Source: Mobula hypostoma | Taxonomy: Eukaryota | Direction of reading: 5' to 3' | DNA: 64,000 nucleotides | Assembly (NCBI RefSeq): GCF_963921235.1 | Contig: NC_086097.1 | Location: 115,260,001 to 115,324,000, forward strand | Part shown: positions 13,307 to 26,050 of the stretch, one piece after another | Position numbering within the stretch: the stretch's first letter is position 1 | Layout of the letters: every line of letters starts with the position of its first letter | The notes under the pieces: model-generated | Databases searched by the model: none | Told to the model about the DNA's origin: nothing | What the model saw: the letters and a program-made list of their open reading frames with translations, nothing else | Program-made: the position numbers and the translations under genes

Positions 13307-14725
13307 TGACAGTCTGTTCAATTCTGGATCCCTTCACTCTGGTTCCCACCCCTCGCCAAATTATTTAAAGCCCTCCCCAACAGCTCTAACAAACATGCCC
13401 GCAAGAATATTGGTTCTCCACAGGTTCAGGTGCAACCCATCACTTTTAAACAGGTCTCAGCTTCTCCAGAAGAGATCCCAATGATCCAGAACCTGAAGCC
13501 CTGCCCCCTGCACCAGCTTCCCAGCCACACATTGATTTGTCATATCATCCTGTTTCTACCCTCACTAGCGCTTGGCATAGACACCAATCCAGAAATCACT
13601 ACCCTAGAGGTCCTGCTTCTCAGCTTTCTACTTAACTCTCTATATTCTCTTTTCAGGACCTCTTTGCTTTTCCTTCCTATGTCTTTGGTACCAATATGTA
13701 CCAAGACATCTGGCTGCTCTCCCTCCCTCTCCAAAATGTTGTGGATACAATCCAAGATATCCTTGACTCTGGCACGTGGGAGGCAACATACCATCTTGGT
13801 GTCCCGTCACATCCACAGGATCTCCTGTCGGTTCCCCTCACTATTGAGTCCCCTACCACTATTGCTCCCCTCTTCTCCCTCTTTCCCTTCCGCACCATGG
13901 ACCCATGCTCAGTGCCAGTAACCTGGTTTCCGTGGCATTCCCCCGGGAGATTGTCCCCTGCAACAGTATCCAAAATGGTGTACTTACTTTTGAGAATAAT
14001 GGCCACAGGGGTGCTCTGTGCGAACTGCCTATTCATGTTTCCATTTTGCCTGACAGTCACCCAACTACCCACCTCTTGCAACTTCCATGTGACTATAACC
14101 CTGTAACTCTGATCGATTATCTTCTCACTCTCCCGTTTTAACTGAAGGTCGCCCAACTGCTGCTGCAGATTCCTAACACAGCCATCGAGGAGTTGTAGCT
14201 GGGTGCACATCATGCAGATGTACTTCCTTGGGTGATTCTGGATCTCCCAGGACTACAAATCCATCATGAAGAACACTCAACAGCCATTTGCTACACTAGG
14301 TTCAGTGAGAGGGAAAAAAAGGGAAACTTAACAGAAGCTTACCTAGAGCCAACGCCTCTTTCGAACTGAATCCTCCTTTGAACCAAAGCCTGACACTCCT
14401 ACTCTCATCCCTGGCCTATTCTCAACAACGGCCACCCCGCGTGTGCCTTCTGTACTTTTAAACAAATGTCACTGAGAAAGCTCATCCCTGTGGCCTGCTC
14501 CTGCCACTGATTGGGCGTCAGAATGAGCTGAACACCCGCAAAGCTCTCTTTTTAAACAAGTGTCGCCGACCTGCGAGAAAGCTCCTCACTGTGGACTGCT
14601 CCTGCCGCTGACTGGGCATAAGAATGAGCTGAACACCCGCAAAGCTCTCTTTTCAAACCAGCGTCGCCAACCTGCGAGAAAGCTTGTCACTGTGGCCTGT
14701 TTCTGCCGCTGATTTGACTATCAGA
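13307..14725 (-). mobile_element. CR1 A 5' segment: ORF1 (SGNH-esterase type) and 5' UTR
   Basis: Coiled coil VRNLQQQLGDL, then VVGDSIVRG, CCLPRARV, VLVHIGTKDIG and VVISGL motifs. Confidence 0.85.
14456..14725. repeat. About 3 tandem ~95-bp units in the CR1 A 5' UTR
   Basis: gagaaagctc...ctgtggcctgctcctgcc.ctga..gggc...agaatgagctgaacacccgcaaagctctctttt repeated. Confidence 0.85.
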
Positions 14726-15320
14726 ATGGTAGGTATAATAACAATACATGAAAGGTGATTGGTAGCTCATCAGAGCCAGAACTATTTTTGCTGAAGTTAG
14801 TTAGTCAGATACCTAACTGGAACTTCTCACTGTGCTATGCATACATTGGAAACCAGAGGTCCCTTGGAATTTGAGTTTCAGTAGGTGCTGTCTATCTTAA
14901 TTCTGAAATGTAGGATGGTCCTAATTTTGGTGTATGTTCTCACACTTTCTCAGCCATCTACCACTGTTCACACTTCCTTAAAGAGCATTTATCTATCATT
15001 CCCCTTACTATGATCTCATCAGTGTGCCATGGCTGGGAATTCTAATTGTTCACTGAAGGTTTGTTGGATTTGTGTTCACGCAACCCTTTGCCTCCTCCAT
15101 CTTATTAAGGCCCATTATATTCCCTGCACTTTTGTCCAATTATCCCAGTGTGCACATTATTCACATCAATTTGTTTTGTTCCAATATTGAAAAGCACACA
15201 TCCTCACATTATTGCTTGTATAAATATTATGGCGATTTTCCAGGACCACTTGCGTCAAGTGCCTGCAGTGTGTGCTAACATCTGCCAGCTATTTTCTATA
15301 GTAACATCAGAATCAGTTAT

Positions 15321-15603
15321 TAAACACAAAAGATTCTGTAGATGCTGAAAATTCAGAGCAACTTCGCAGATCAGGCAACATCTATGGAGAGGAATAAACA
15401 GTCGGTGTTTTGGGTTGAGACTTGCTTTCATCTATCACCGGACATCTTGTACTCCTTCTCCTCCCCCCCACCTTCTTATTCTGGCTTCTTTCCCGTTCAT
15501 TTTCAGTCTTGATGAATAGTTTGGGCCTGAAATGTCAACTATTTATTCTTTTCCATAGTTGTTGGCTGAGCTGTTGAGTTCCTCCAGCATTTTGTCTGTT
15601 GCT
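15321..15603. mobile_element. Penelope-like ends in inverted arrangement
   Basis: Minus-strand end 15321-15430 followed by a plus-strand UTR/end with a decayed hammerhead at about 15504-15540. Confidence 0.75.
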
Positions 15604-15899
15604 GAGAATCAAGTTTATTATCATTGAATTATAATCAAAAGGTTCAAAGTACAAAGTAAATTTATTATCATAGTTTATTTATGTCACTATATGCAACCCT
15701 GAGATTCACTTTTTGGTGGGCATTCACAGTAAGTCCAGGAAACGTAATGGAATCAATGAGAGACCATACCAACAGGACAGACGAATAACCAATGTGCAAA
15801 AGACAACAAATTGTGCAAATACACAAGTAAAGAAATAAAATTACAAATAAATAAGCAGTTTTATATTTTAATAAGCCCTCGTCTGCAGCACTTTGTTTA

Positions 15900-17266
15900 T
15901 GTTACGATCCGGACCATTGACTCCCTGTTTCCCTTTGGTTCCCTGTTTTCCCGTGTCCCTCAGCCTTGGTGATTAGAGGCAATTTACTCTCGGTTGAACT
16001 GCTAGTTTATAGTCTCCGGCTTTCAGCTGTTCGACGTGAGAGTGTCTGCAAAGTCACCAAACGTACGGCGTGCCAATGTCATCTGGCCGGAGCAAGTCTT
16101 GTCTCCGCCTGAGGCAAGTGCCGGTAATTCGCCTTTCCTCACTGGAGCAACCCCGTCAAGTTACCTCGCCAAAGCGAGCCTGCAAAGTTTCCTTACCGAG
16201 GTGGGTCCGTCAGTTAACCCGCTGGAGGGAATCAAGAACTGCTGTCTACTGTTCCCGGGCTGAGTCGAGAGCTCGCCACTACCCGGAGGCTCCAAGTCAA
16301 GTCCTGGCTCCGGGGGCATTCAAGTACCAAGTCAAGTCCTGTCCCTGGCGGCATTCAAGTACCAAGTCAAGTCCTGTCCCTGGCGGCATCCAAGTTCCGA
16401 GTCAAGTCTCGGTCCTGGCGGCATTCAAATTCCGAGTCGAGTCCGGGCCCTGGCGGCGTCCAAGTTCCGAGTTGAGTCCTGGCCCTGGCGGTTTGTGATT
16501 CCTGTCCTACCCCCCCCCCCGTCTGAAACCCTTCTCTGCCCCTCTTGCCTCTAGCCCTCGCCTGCACTTCAGTCTAGTTCTATTGCCTGAGCTAGATAGG
16601 TACTGTCTGGTGTTCTTTTGTGTCGGTCTTGTCTTGTCCTTGCCTCCATGGGGTAAGTCTGGCCATCTTGCCGTTGCCCCGCGGGCAGTCATGTTTTGTC
16701 TTGTCTTGTCCTTGCCTCCGTGGGGTAAGTCAGGCTGCCTTGCCATTGCCCCACGGGGGGTCATGATTCCCAGCCCTATATCCTGTACCCAACAAAGGGT
16801 CCTGGCTCTCTGTTCTGTGTGTGAATCCCGGCCCTATGTCCTGTACTCAAGGAGGGGTCCCGGCTCTGTGTTCTGTGTATGTGTCCATGGTTCCATGTAC
16901 CTGCTCTCCCGAGACCCAGGCTCTGTTTTCCATGTTCCTCCTCTTCCTAGCCCATGTCATGTCCATGCCTGGTTCTGGGGTCCGAGCCCGAGGCAAGACC
17001 CAGGTATTGGGTCCTTGCCCAGTCCCTGGCTCAGAGTCCATACCCTAGCCTCTTCATGTCTCCTCTAGTTCTGGGAGCCGATTCCGAGTCCAAGCCCAGA
17101 CCCTTGGTCCCAGCCTAGTCGTAGTCCTGAGTCCTTGTCCAGTTTTCTATTTCCTGCTTCTGTCTTGCTCTCCTGGTATCGAAAAATAAACTGAATGTAA
17201 TTAACCTCCCAAAATGTGTCTTGCATTTGGGTCCACCCTTGCTCCCAATGCCCCCCCATTGTGACA
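15900..17266 (+). mobile_element. Probable solo LTR with internal tandem repeats
   Basis: Begins tgttac and ends gtgaca (TG...CA, short inverted termini). aataaa near 17185. GC-rich relative to the flanks. No TSD seen. Confidence 0.65.
16290..16495. repeat. ~33-bp minisatellite, about 6 units
   Basis: caagtaccaagtcaagtcctgtccctggcggcat(t) and variants. Confidence 0.85.
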
Positions 17267-18375
17267 CTATCAGTGTGCCAGGTGTAGAAGGGTGTGAGGG
17301 AAGAGAAGCGAGTGCAGTTATTATTAAAAAGAGAGGTTGCTCAAAAAGCTGAAAGACCTAAAGGTGCATAAGCCACCTGGACCCATTGAACTGAACCCTA
17401 GGGTTCTGAAAGAGGTAGCGTTAGAGAATGTTTAGGCATTAGTAATGATCTTTCAAGGATCAATGGATTCTGACATGGTTCCAGAGGACCATAAAATTAC
17501 ATGTATCATTCCACTCTTTAAGAAAGGAGGAAGGCAGCAGAATGGAAATTATAGACTAGTTAGCCTGACCTCAGTGGTTGAGAAGATGTTGGCGTCAATT
17601 GTTAAGGATGAGGTTATGGAATATTTGGTGACACAGGACAATATTAGCTAAAGTCAGTATGATTTCCTTCAGGGAAAATCTTGCCTGATGAACCTATTGG
17701 AATTCTTTGTGGTGATTACAAGTAGGATAGATAAGGGGGATGAAATGGATGTTGTATATTTGGATTTTCAGAAGGCCTTTGACAAGGTACCACAGACGAG
17801 GCTTCTTGCCAAATTACGGGAAAGTTACTTTGTTAGATCATTGGCTGATTGGGAGGAGGCAGCGAATGGGAATAAAGTGATCCTTTTCTGGTTGGCTGCT
17901 GGTGTTCCGCAGGGGTCAATGTTTGGAATGCTTCTTTTTATGCGGTATGTCAATGATTTAGATAACGGAATAAATGGCTTTATCGCCAAGTTTGTAGGTG
18001 ATATGATGATTGGTGGAATGGCAGGTAATGTTAAGGAAACAGGGTGGCTGCAGAATGACTTAGACAGATTGGAAGAATGGGCAAGTAACTGGCAAAATTA
18101 AATGCATGTTGGAAAATGCATGGTCATGCACTTTGGTAGAAAAAATAAATGTGCCAAACGTTTTCTAAATGGAGAGAAAATCCAAAAATCTAAGATGGAA
18201 CGGGACTAAGGCATTATTGTGCAGAACACCCTAATTTCAAGAGGTCTAGAATATAAGAGCAGGGATATGATGCTGATGATTTATAAGGTACTGGTGAGGT
18301 CTCACCTCGAGTATTGTGAACAGTTTTGGCTCCTTATCTAAGAAATATGTGCCAGCAATGGAGAGAGTTCAGTAG
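17267..18375 (+). mobile_element. Decayed CR1 RT fragment (A-like family)
   Basis: ORFs 17445-17651 and 17688-18101 (YLDFQKAFDKVP, GVPQGS). Confidence 0.9.
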
Positions 18376-19047
18376 AAGCCAACTATGGACAGATAGAGAA
18401 ATACACTAATATTAACACAGCAAATAAAAATGACATCTGTGGAAAAAATAGCACACTAAACAGGATCATCAAGCCACTCCAGAGACTGATTGAAAGTTGA
18501 TGGGTGAATAATGAACTATATTTACTGATTACAATTGAAGTTAATATAGATATCTTTGTTAGACATGATTATGGTTTCTTGTAGGTGATTGAAGACATAG
18601 CATTGTGCTTGTTTTTTCTTGAAGGTGAAGATGTGTTATTATGTATATACATAATAAAGAACTTCAGTTCCCAATGGGCAATATGGTCTGTTCAACCTGA
18701 AACTGAAAATGATGCTAGTGAGCTGGTCACGCATGTGCTAGCTGAACAGTGTTCAGAATAAAATGTGCTAGCCTTACCCATGCCAGGTTTGTCTTTATTA
18801 AAAACAAAAATAACAGTATTCATGAACCATTCAGCAATATGATGGTGAATGGAAGAAGCTGTTCCTACATCATTGAATGTGCATCTTTAGACTCCTACAC
18901 CTGCTCCCCAATGATAATAACTATTCATTGCATTGTTTCTTTCTACCCCCTAACAGCAACAACATTATCACAATTTTCTCTTCTGTCTTCCAGGAAGAGA
19001 CACTCTTTCCATCAATACCTTTTGTCTCCAATAGCTCTTGACACTTG

Positions 19048-19192
19048 TACTTGGAGCTTAGAAAAATAGAGGGCTATGGATAACCCTAGTAATTTCTAAG
19101 GTGGGGTCATGTTTGGCACAACTTTGTGGGCTGAAGGGCCTGTATTGTGCTGTAGGTTTTCTATGTTTTCTATGTTCTATGTTTTCTATGTT
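19048..19192 (+). mobile_element. CR1 3' end (D-like family)
   Basis: Reverse complement of 11794-11920 with a (ttctatgt)n tail. Confidence 0.8.
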
Positions 19193-19224
19193 ATCTCCCT
19201 CCTTGCATTTACATGGTGGTCTTT

Positions 19225-20087
19225 AATTCAAAGGATTCAAAAATTCAAAGAACATTTATTTTCAGAGTCTGTATGTAGTATACAACCCTGAGATTTGTCT
19301 TTTCCACAGACAGCCATGAAACAAAGAACAATAGAACTTGTTCAAAGAGAAAAGATCAACCACTCCAACCCCCCAGCCACACACAAAAAATACAATTTCC
19401 TCAGATGGCAACTGAAGAAATGAGTGAGAAACAAAGAATATAAAAATAAAAAAGACACATTTCAGTTCATCTCAATGTTCATTATCTGCAACCCGCCTTG
19501 ATTCAAAATTGGACAAAATAGCAATGAAAAAAGGAGCAACCAGAAGACTAGGAGCACATCATAATGTGAATTAGAGTCCAGTCCACAAACCGCGTTGATA
19601 GATCTTGGTCTGGCACCATAATTCTGATGTAGCAACCTTCCTTTGGGAAGAGCGAGTGAGAGAGAGAGAGGGACTGTGACACGTAGCCACATTCCGCTGA
19701 CAGCAACGAGCAAAAGGCTGGTAGACAGTGCTTAACACCCGCTTCAATGATTTCAATCTTTCTCCGTGCTTTAATTGGCAAAATTGGTGAGATATTCAGT
19801 TGATAATGGGCCAGCGCCACGTCTCCAGGCTTTCAGGCCTTCACACCACACGTTTTGTTCGCAGCCTCATGGAACCCTGTCGGAGACAGCAAAACACCAG
19901 ATCACTTGATCAGCCTGAAAACACATCACCAGAAGGTAAATCACAGGTGTTGAACAGTAGATCACAGGCTCCAACAGTACCAGAACCACATTTGAAATAA
20001 AAAGAAAACATAAGAGAATTGAAAAGAATAGGTTCATAAACCATCTTCAGCATGTCACCTTTGTTGTTCACTGGCTCCATCTTCTTC
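19225..20087 (-). mobile_element. Non-coding retroposed element with LINE-type tail, unclassified
   Basis: Minus strand starts gaagatggagcc and ends aataaa plus a (tttgaa)-like tail resembling tails at 15640 and 50040. Partial second copy at about 28810-28885. Confidence 0.5.
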
Positions 20088-20620
20088 TAGAAGATTCTTA
20101 ATTATACAGAGTTTTCTGAAAGTTCTTTTTCTGATCACACACAACATAATTGGAATAAATGTTTACTAGTTGGGAATTTTTGCCAATTTGTATAGAGAAG
20201 GTAAAATTTGCAAGATTTTAATTGGTCTGGGTTGAGCACAAACCTCAACTTTCTTGATGCATACATCTATTGGGGAGCCTCTTCAAAGTGGAGATAATTT
20301 CATAGAATTATCCACTAGCATTTTAAAATCAGATGTTAGGCAGTCCTAATACAGAATTACTTGAAACTGGTAACTGAAAATTAAATAGGTTTGGAAAGCT
20401 TTATTGTTTGAATAGTAACCATTCTGAATGAGCGTGTTGGCAACATTTTTAAATCGATAAATGGGTTTATTATTGTCACATATAGAGAGGTACAGTGAAA
20501 TAAAACTTGTCTTGCAGAGATGAATTGATCTTCTTGAACATTCAAGTTCAGGGATATCATTTCATTACAACAGTGCATTGAGGTAGTACAAGGGAAAACA
20601 ATAACAGAGTTCAGAATAGT

Positions 20621-20834
20621 ACAACAAAATGCTGGAGGAACTCAGCAGGCCAGACAGATCTATGGAGAGGAATAAACAGTTGACATTTCGGGTTGAGTCC
20701 CTTCGTCAAGACAAGGGTCTCAGCCTAAGTTATCGACAATTTGTTCCTCTCCATAGATTCTGCCTCAGCTGCTGAGTTCCACTGGCATCTCCTGTGTGTT
20801 AATTTGACATCCAGCATCTGAATCTCTTGTGTTT
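20621..20834. mobile_element. Palindromic element made of two Penelope-like ends
   Basis: Arm 20621-20712 is the approximate reverse complement of arm 20713-20800. Confidence 0.75.
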
Positions 20835-21725
20835 ATGCAGAATAACGTGGTCCAGTGACAGGGAAAGTACATCCGGGTAAACAATAAGGTGCAAGGTCAT
20901 AAAGAGGTAGATTGTGAGGTCCATCTTTCCATCTTATTGTACTAGGAAGCCATTCAATAGTCTTATAGAAGTTGTCCTTGAGTGTGGTGTTATGTTCTTT
21001 GATGCTTTTGTATTTGCTGCCTAATTGGGGGGGGGGTGGTAAAAGAAAAAAATATCCTGGGGGACCACAGTTATTGTGAATCAGCAGAAGCATTGCCTCC
21101 TTGCTGACACTAACAACTCTCAAGATAGGAGCATAATCTATTGCTCTACTTTATCTACATTGCTGACTGTGTGGCTCAGCACAACTCAAACACCATCTAC
21201 AAATCCACCAGTGACATCACTGTTGTTGAAATCGCAGGTGGCAAATATAAAGAATACAGGAGTGATAATGTGACAATAACAAACCAATTTACCAATATAT
21301 TTGAATAAATTACTCATGATTTAGAATTGCCACCTATGACATTCATGGGTGATAATTTCTCCTGGTCAGTCCAGACAATTCATTATTGTACAAGGACAAC
21401 TGCTAGACTTTTGTCTTTTTATAAATAATCTCATTTGTTCCCATTAAAGAAGGTTATCTTATTTACAGTTCAGATTCAATAGTGCACTTCATAATTACTG
21501 AATGACATTAGCTGCACACTTTGAAAATATATGTGGCAAACTTTTTGGCACAGTTTGCAAGACACATTGTTAAGTTTCAAATGCGTTTTAAAGAGATTTA
21601 AATATATATTATTTCTAAACTTTTTTCAGGTATTGTAAAACCATGTGACAATAGTAGCCTTACTGCATAACTTGCAGTAGAAAATAGCTTGCTCATTCGT
21701 TGTTTCTCCACATTATCAGAGAACA

Positions 21726-22256
21726 TACACTTTGTGGCCACTTTATTAGATACAGTTGCACATCTGTTTGTTGATGCAAATATCTAATCAGCCAATCACA
21801 TGCCAGCATAAATGCATTCAGACATGGTCAAGAGGTTCAGTTGTTGCTCAGAACAAACATCAGAATGGGGAAGAAATGTGATCTAAATGACTTTGATCAT
21901 GGAATGATTGTTGGTGCCAGACAGGGTGGTTTGAGCATCTCAGAAACTGCTGATATCCTGGGATTTTCATGCACATCAGTCCTTAAAGTTTCCAGAGAAT
22001 GGTCTGAGAAACAATAAAGCATCCAATGAGTGGCAATTCTGAGGGTGAAAATGCCTTGTTAATGAGAGAGGTCAGAGAGGAATGGCCAGACTGGTTCAAG
22101 CCAACAGGAAGGTGACAGTAACTCAGATGTTACAACAGTAGTGTGCAGAAGAGCATTTCTGAATGCACAGTGCATCGAACCTTGTGTGGATGGGCTACAG
22201 CAGCAGAACTCTGCAAACATACACCCAGTGGTCACTTTACTATGTACTGGAGGTAC
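21726..22256 (+). mobile_element. Tc1-derived non-autonomous element
   Basis: TIR-like gtggccactttattag at the start. Decayed transposase N-terminus MGKKCDLNDFD.GMIVGARQGGLSISETADILGFS. Second same-orientation TIR near 22225. Confidence 0.85.
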
Positions 22257-23580
22257 TTTTAAGTATTTAGTTTTGTCATTCTGTCTCTAACTGGTTGTAT
22301 ACTTTAAGGAAATCTGTCCATGAATGAGATTAAGATCGTGTTTTATTTTGCATCTACATCTCACCCAGTAGAAATTTGGGAAATAAATTAATTGCCGTGT
22401 TAGGTACAGTATGCAATCAACTGATGTAGAAACAACACTGATGTAAGAAGCATCGGCGAAACAGTCAGTATGTTTTCCGTAAGAAAATATGAAGCATGCA
22501 CTAACAAAAATTGATTACGTTTCCAGTGTAGCTTTGTGATGTTGTCATTCAGTGACCTCTGCTGGAAAACAAATATGTGCTTTATTATTGCCTTGGGAGA
22601 GGATCAAGTTCTGCTTTGATGACAAATATTAGACAATTGACACTTAATTTCAAGGCTGATACAGGAAGATACATGGCTGACTAAGGTAAAGCAGGGCAGG
22701 ATCAAATAAAATTGAGTTATATCCCCCAGGAATCAACTGGATAGAAATTCTCAAAAAATAACATATTTTAGAAAAAGTAAATGAAATAGGACACGATGTA
22801 AAATACCTGTATATGTTACATTTAATTGGTTCACAGCTGTTACTAATATACCTGGTATAATCATGTACCTGGCATCTTCCAGGAAGATAGCAATGTTCTT
22901 GGTCACAGCAGACTCTCTAGGTCCAACCGATAGTGCTATTGTTCATCCTTCTAATGACGGTAAGACACTGCTGGGTATTAAGAATGCTAAGAACTGTTGG
23001 TCTACCTCACTACCGAGTTGCTGGAGAGCGCTGGAGCTTTGTATCATGTGCTTGTTGACTACTGTGTCATCACCTGCTACAGCCACCCACAGAAGAAGGA
23101 GTCGGACACAGTGCATAGTCCAAGAAATGCTACAGATGATTGTTTTGGATGTTTTTCTTGTGATCACAAGACCCTGTTACACATTTGCAATGCAGAGTCC
23201 AGTTCATTGGTTCATTGGCAAGACCTGCTTGGCCTCAAATGTTGCGTAGACCAAGCCCTCATATTCACTCAGAGGATCATAGAAACATAGAAAATACACG
23301 AGAGTGTGTAACGAGCTGCCAGCATGTGAGCTTGATTTCAACATTTCAACGTTTTGGATAGGTAAGGAGATGGACGGCTATGGGCCTGGTTCAGGTTGAT
23401 GGAAGTATGCAATTTAATAGTTTTAGCATGGACTAGATGGGCTGAAGGGCCTGTCTCTGTGGTGTAATTTTCTATGACTCTATGTTGTGGCTTCATCTAT
23501 TACAGAGGAGACACCAGAGGCAGTGTGGGAGAGAGCAGAGGTGTGGCTGGCATGTTGGAGTCTGTGCCCTGCCTGTTGGT

Positions 23581-23595
23581 GCTGCCCTCTAGTGG
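23581..23595 (-). promoter_or_regulatory. CTCF-like binding motif
   Basis: ccactagagggcagc on the minus strand, with cgcagt 12 nt upstream. Confidence 0.5.
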
Positions 23596-23927
23596 AAGAC
23601 AAGTTGGACTGCGCTCGTCTGCAGCTGTACTAGTGCAAGGTGTATGTGTTCTTGCAGAGTGTAGCTCCAGGAAAACATCCCATGCGCCATCAATCTACAG
23701 GCCATACCACTCAGGCACCTGGGCTAATAGTATTATTATTATTTCTGTTATTGTGACTGCATGTGCTATCTTAACTTTATGTGCTAATGTGTTCTGTGCT
23801 GTGTGTGCCTGCATGTAGTTTGTTTTGTATCTTGGTCCCAGAGGAGCATAGTTTCTTTTAGCTGTTACATGTATATAGTTGAATGACAATTAAACTTGAA
23901 TTTGAACTACAAGTTTTAAGTCTACTG

Positions 23928-24066
23928 TAGTCCTGATAAAGGGCCTCGGCCAAACACTTTGACTATTTATTCCCTACCACATGTGCTGCCTGACTTAATA
24001 AGTTTCTCCAGCATTTTGAGTGTGTTGCTCAAGATTTCCAGCATCTGCGGAATCTCTTGGGTTTAA
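23928..24066 (+). mobile_element. Penelope-like 3' end with decayed hammerhead
   Basis: agtcctgataaagggcctcggccaaac...ccagcatctgcggaatctcttgggttt. Confidence 0.7.
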
Positions 24067-24675
24067 AATATATTTGGTCTTTTTTAGACAGGTGCTTAAT
24101 TTGGTGAAGAGATCAATTGCATAACCAGCTTTAATAGCAGCAAAAAGACTAAGAGGAGAACTTTATAGCCTTAAACACAGTCACTGAACAATGGAAGGCC
24201 GTTTTTTAAATAATGGCAATAAAACAGGGGTATTGATGGATATTAACAGCTGAATGGTTGGTCAGTCTCACCAGAGCCATAAATTTACATCTTTACATTT
24301 TTCTGCGCATACCAAAGGAGACATGATGCAAATCTGAGAAATCAGTAGGTGGCATCTCTTGAAAATTTCACCATGAACTCATCTGTATAGTGCAGAGTCA
24401 CTTTAGCAGGCTGCATTACAAAATTATCAAGGTGCAATTAGTTCGTGCTCAGGGAAAAGACACAAGTGCTTGATTGATAAGACAGAAATCATTACAGTGA
24501 ATATTATAAATGCAAATATTCAGTATTTCACCTTGTCCAAACTTTAAAATCCTAAAAAGATTACTTAAAATATTACAATCTATACCATATGTATCATGTA
24601 TAGTATTTTTTAATAGGCAGTAATTGTTCCTTTAGAATGAAAAAACAAATATGCTAGAAGTTTTCCATGCTGGAA

Positions 24676-24860
24676 GGGTGGCACATTAGCATAGCGGTAA
24701 GCGTCAGTGACCCAGGTTCAATTCCGCCACTGCCTGTAAAGATTTTGTACAATCCCCCTGCATGATCACATGTGTTTCCTTTGGGTGCTCCAGTTCCCAC
24801 ATTCCAAAAATATGCAGGTTAACAGGTTATTTGGTGACTGGGCGGTTTGAGCTTGAAGTC
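24676..24860 (+). mobile_element. tRNA-derived V-SINE-like element
   Basis: B-box ggttcaattcc followed by V-domain-like gtttcctttgggtgctccagttcccacattccaaaa. Confidence 0.7.
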
Positions 24861-25064
24861 CCCTCAGCAGAACTGAGAAAGAGAGAAAGCAATTTATTCT
24901 AAGTAGCAGAAAAAGTAGAGGAGTGGAAAGCAAAAAGGGATCACCAATAATAGGATGAAATTAGTGGACAGCTAAGCTGCTTTGTCTCTGCTGCTGTTGT
25001 GAAGTTTAGGTGGTTATACTGGCATACTATAATACAAAACAAAAATGGAGAAACAGCAAGGGGA

Positions 25065-25385
25065 GGTATAGTAACGTAACAGTTAGGTCCTCACTTTACA
25101 GAGCCAACAATCACCGACCGGGGTTCAATTCCCTCGCTGCCTGTAAGGAGTTTGGACATTCTCCCCAGTGACTGTGTGTGGTTTGCTTTAGGTGCTCCAG
25201 GGTCCTCCCACATTCCAAAGGCATACAGTTTAGGGTTAGTGAGTTGCAGACATGCTGTGTTGACACTGGAAGAGTGGCAACACTTGCAGGCTGCCCATTA
25301 TAATCCTCGCTGATTTGATTTGAAGCAGAATGGCAGATTTCACTGTATGTTTCAATGTACATGTGAAAAATACAGTTAATCTTTA
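25065..25385 (+). mobile_element. tRNA-derived V-SINE-like element
   Basis: gggttcaattccc, then ctgtaaggagtttggacattctcccc..ggtgctccagggtcctcccacattccaaag. Confidence 0.75.
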
Positions 25386-25829
25386 GAAAGGGCAAGTTAC
25401 CTGAATTTGGAGAATTCATCATTGGCTGCAACATGATTAATTAAAAATATAATGTGTCATTCCTTGAACTTATTTTGAACCTTGTTGTAACAGTGCAGGA
25501 TGCCAGGGATGGAGAAGTCAGAATAAGAGTGGGATGGTGAATTAAAATGGCAGGCAAGTAGAAGTTTACAGGCATTCCTGTGGAGTGAGTGTAGGTACCC
25601 ACAAAACTGCCACCTGATCTGCATTTGGTTTTGCCAATGTGAACATCAAATACAGTATACCAGAGTGGAAAATGTGCAAATGCACTGTTGACTTAATAGT
25701 TTTGCACACTTTTACAGAGTATTTCACTTCACTATCAGATGGCTAATGTATTTAGTTAGCATTCATTTCTCAAGATATGAGCTTGGCTGACAGGGCCACG
25801 TGTTCTCTGTCCATTTACCCCTGAGAAGC

Positions 25830-26050
25830 GGACAGCGTTGTAGAGCAGCAGTCAGTGTGGCTCTATTACAGCGTTAGCGACCCAGGTTCAATTTCACCTC
25901 TAACTGCAAGGTGTTATTAGGTCCTTCCTGTGGCCATGTGTGCTTCCTCTCGGTGTTCCAGTTCCCCCCTACGTATTGGGTTAGTAGATTAACTAGGTGG
26001 CACGGGCTTTTTGGGCCAGAGGGCCTGTTAACATGCTGCATCTCTAAATA
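25830..26050 (+). mobile_element. tRNA-derived V-SINE-like element
   Basis: ggttcaattt, V-domain-like core, tail gggccagagggcctgtt..ctctaaataaaa. Confidence 0.7.

Noticed and set aside
16290..16495. CRISPR-like regular repeats
   Set aside because: Contiguous tandem units without unique spacers, in eukaryotic context with no cas genes.
22862..23277. Overlapping ORFs of 74-128 aa
   Set aside because: No recognised domain. Probably a decayed unclassified repeat.
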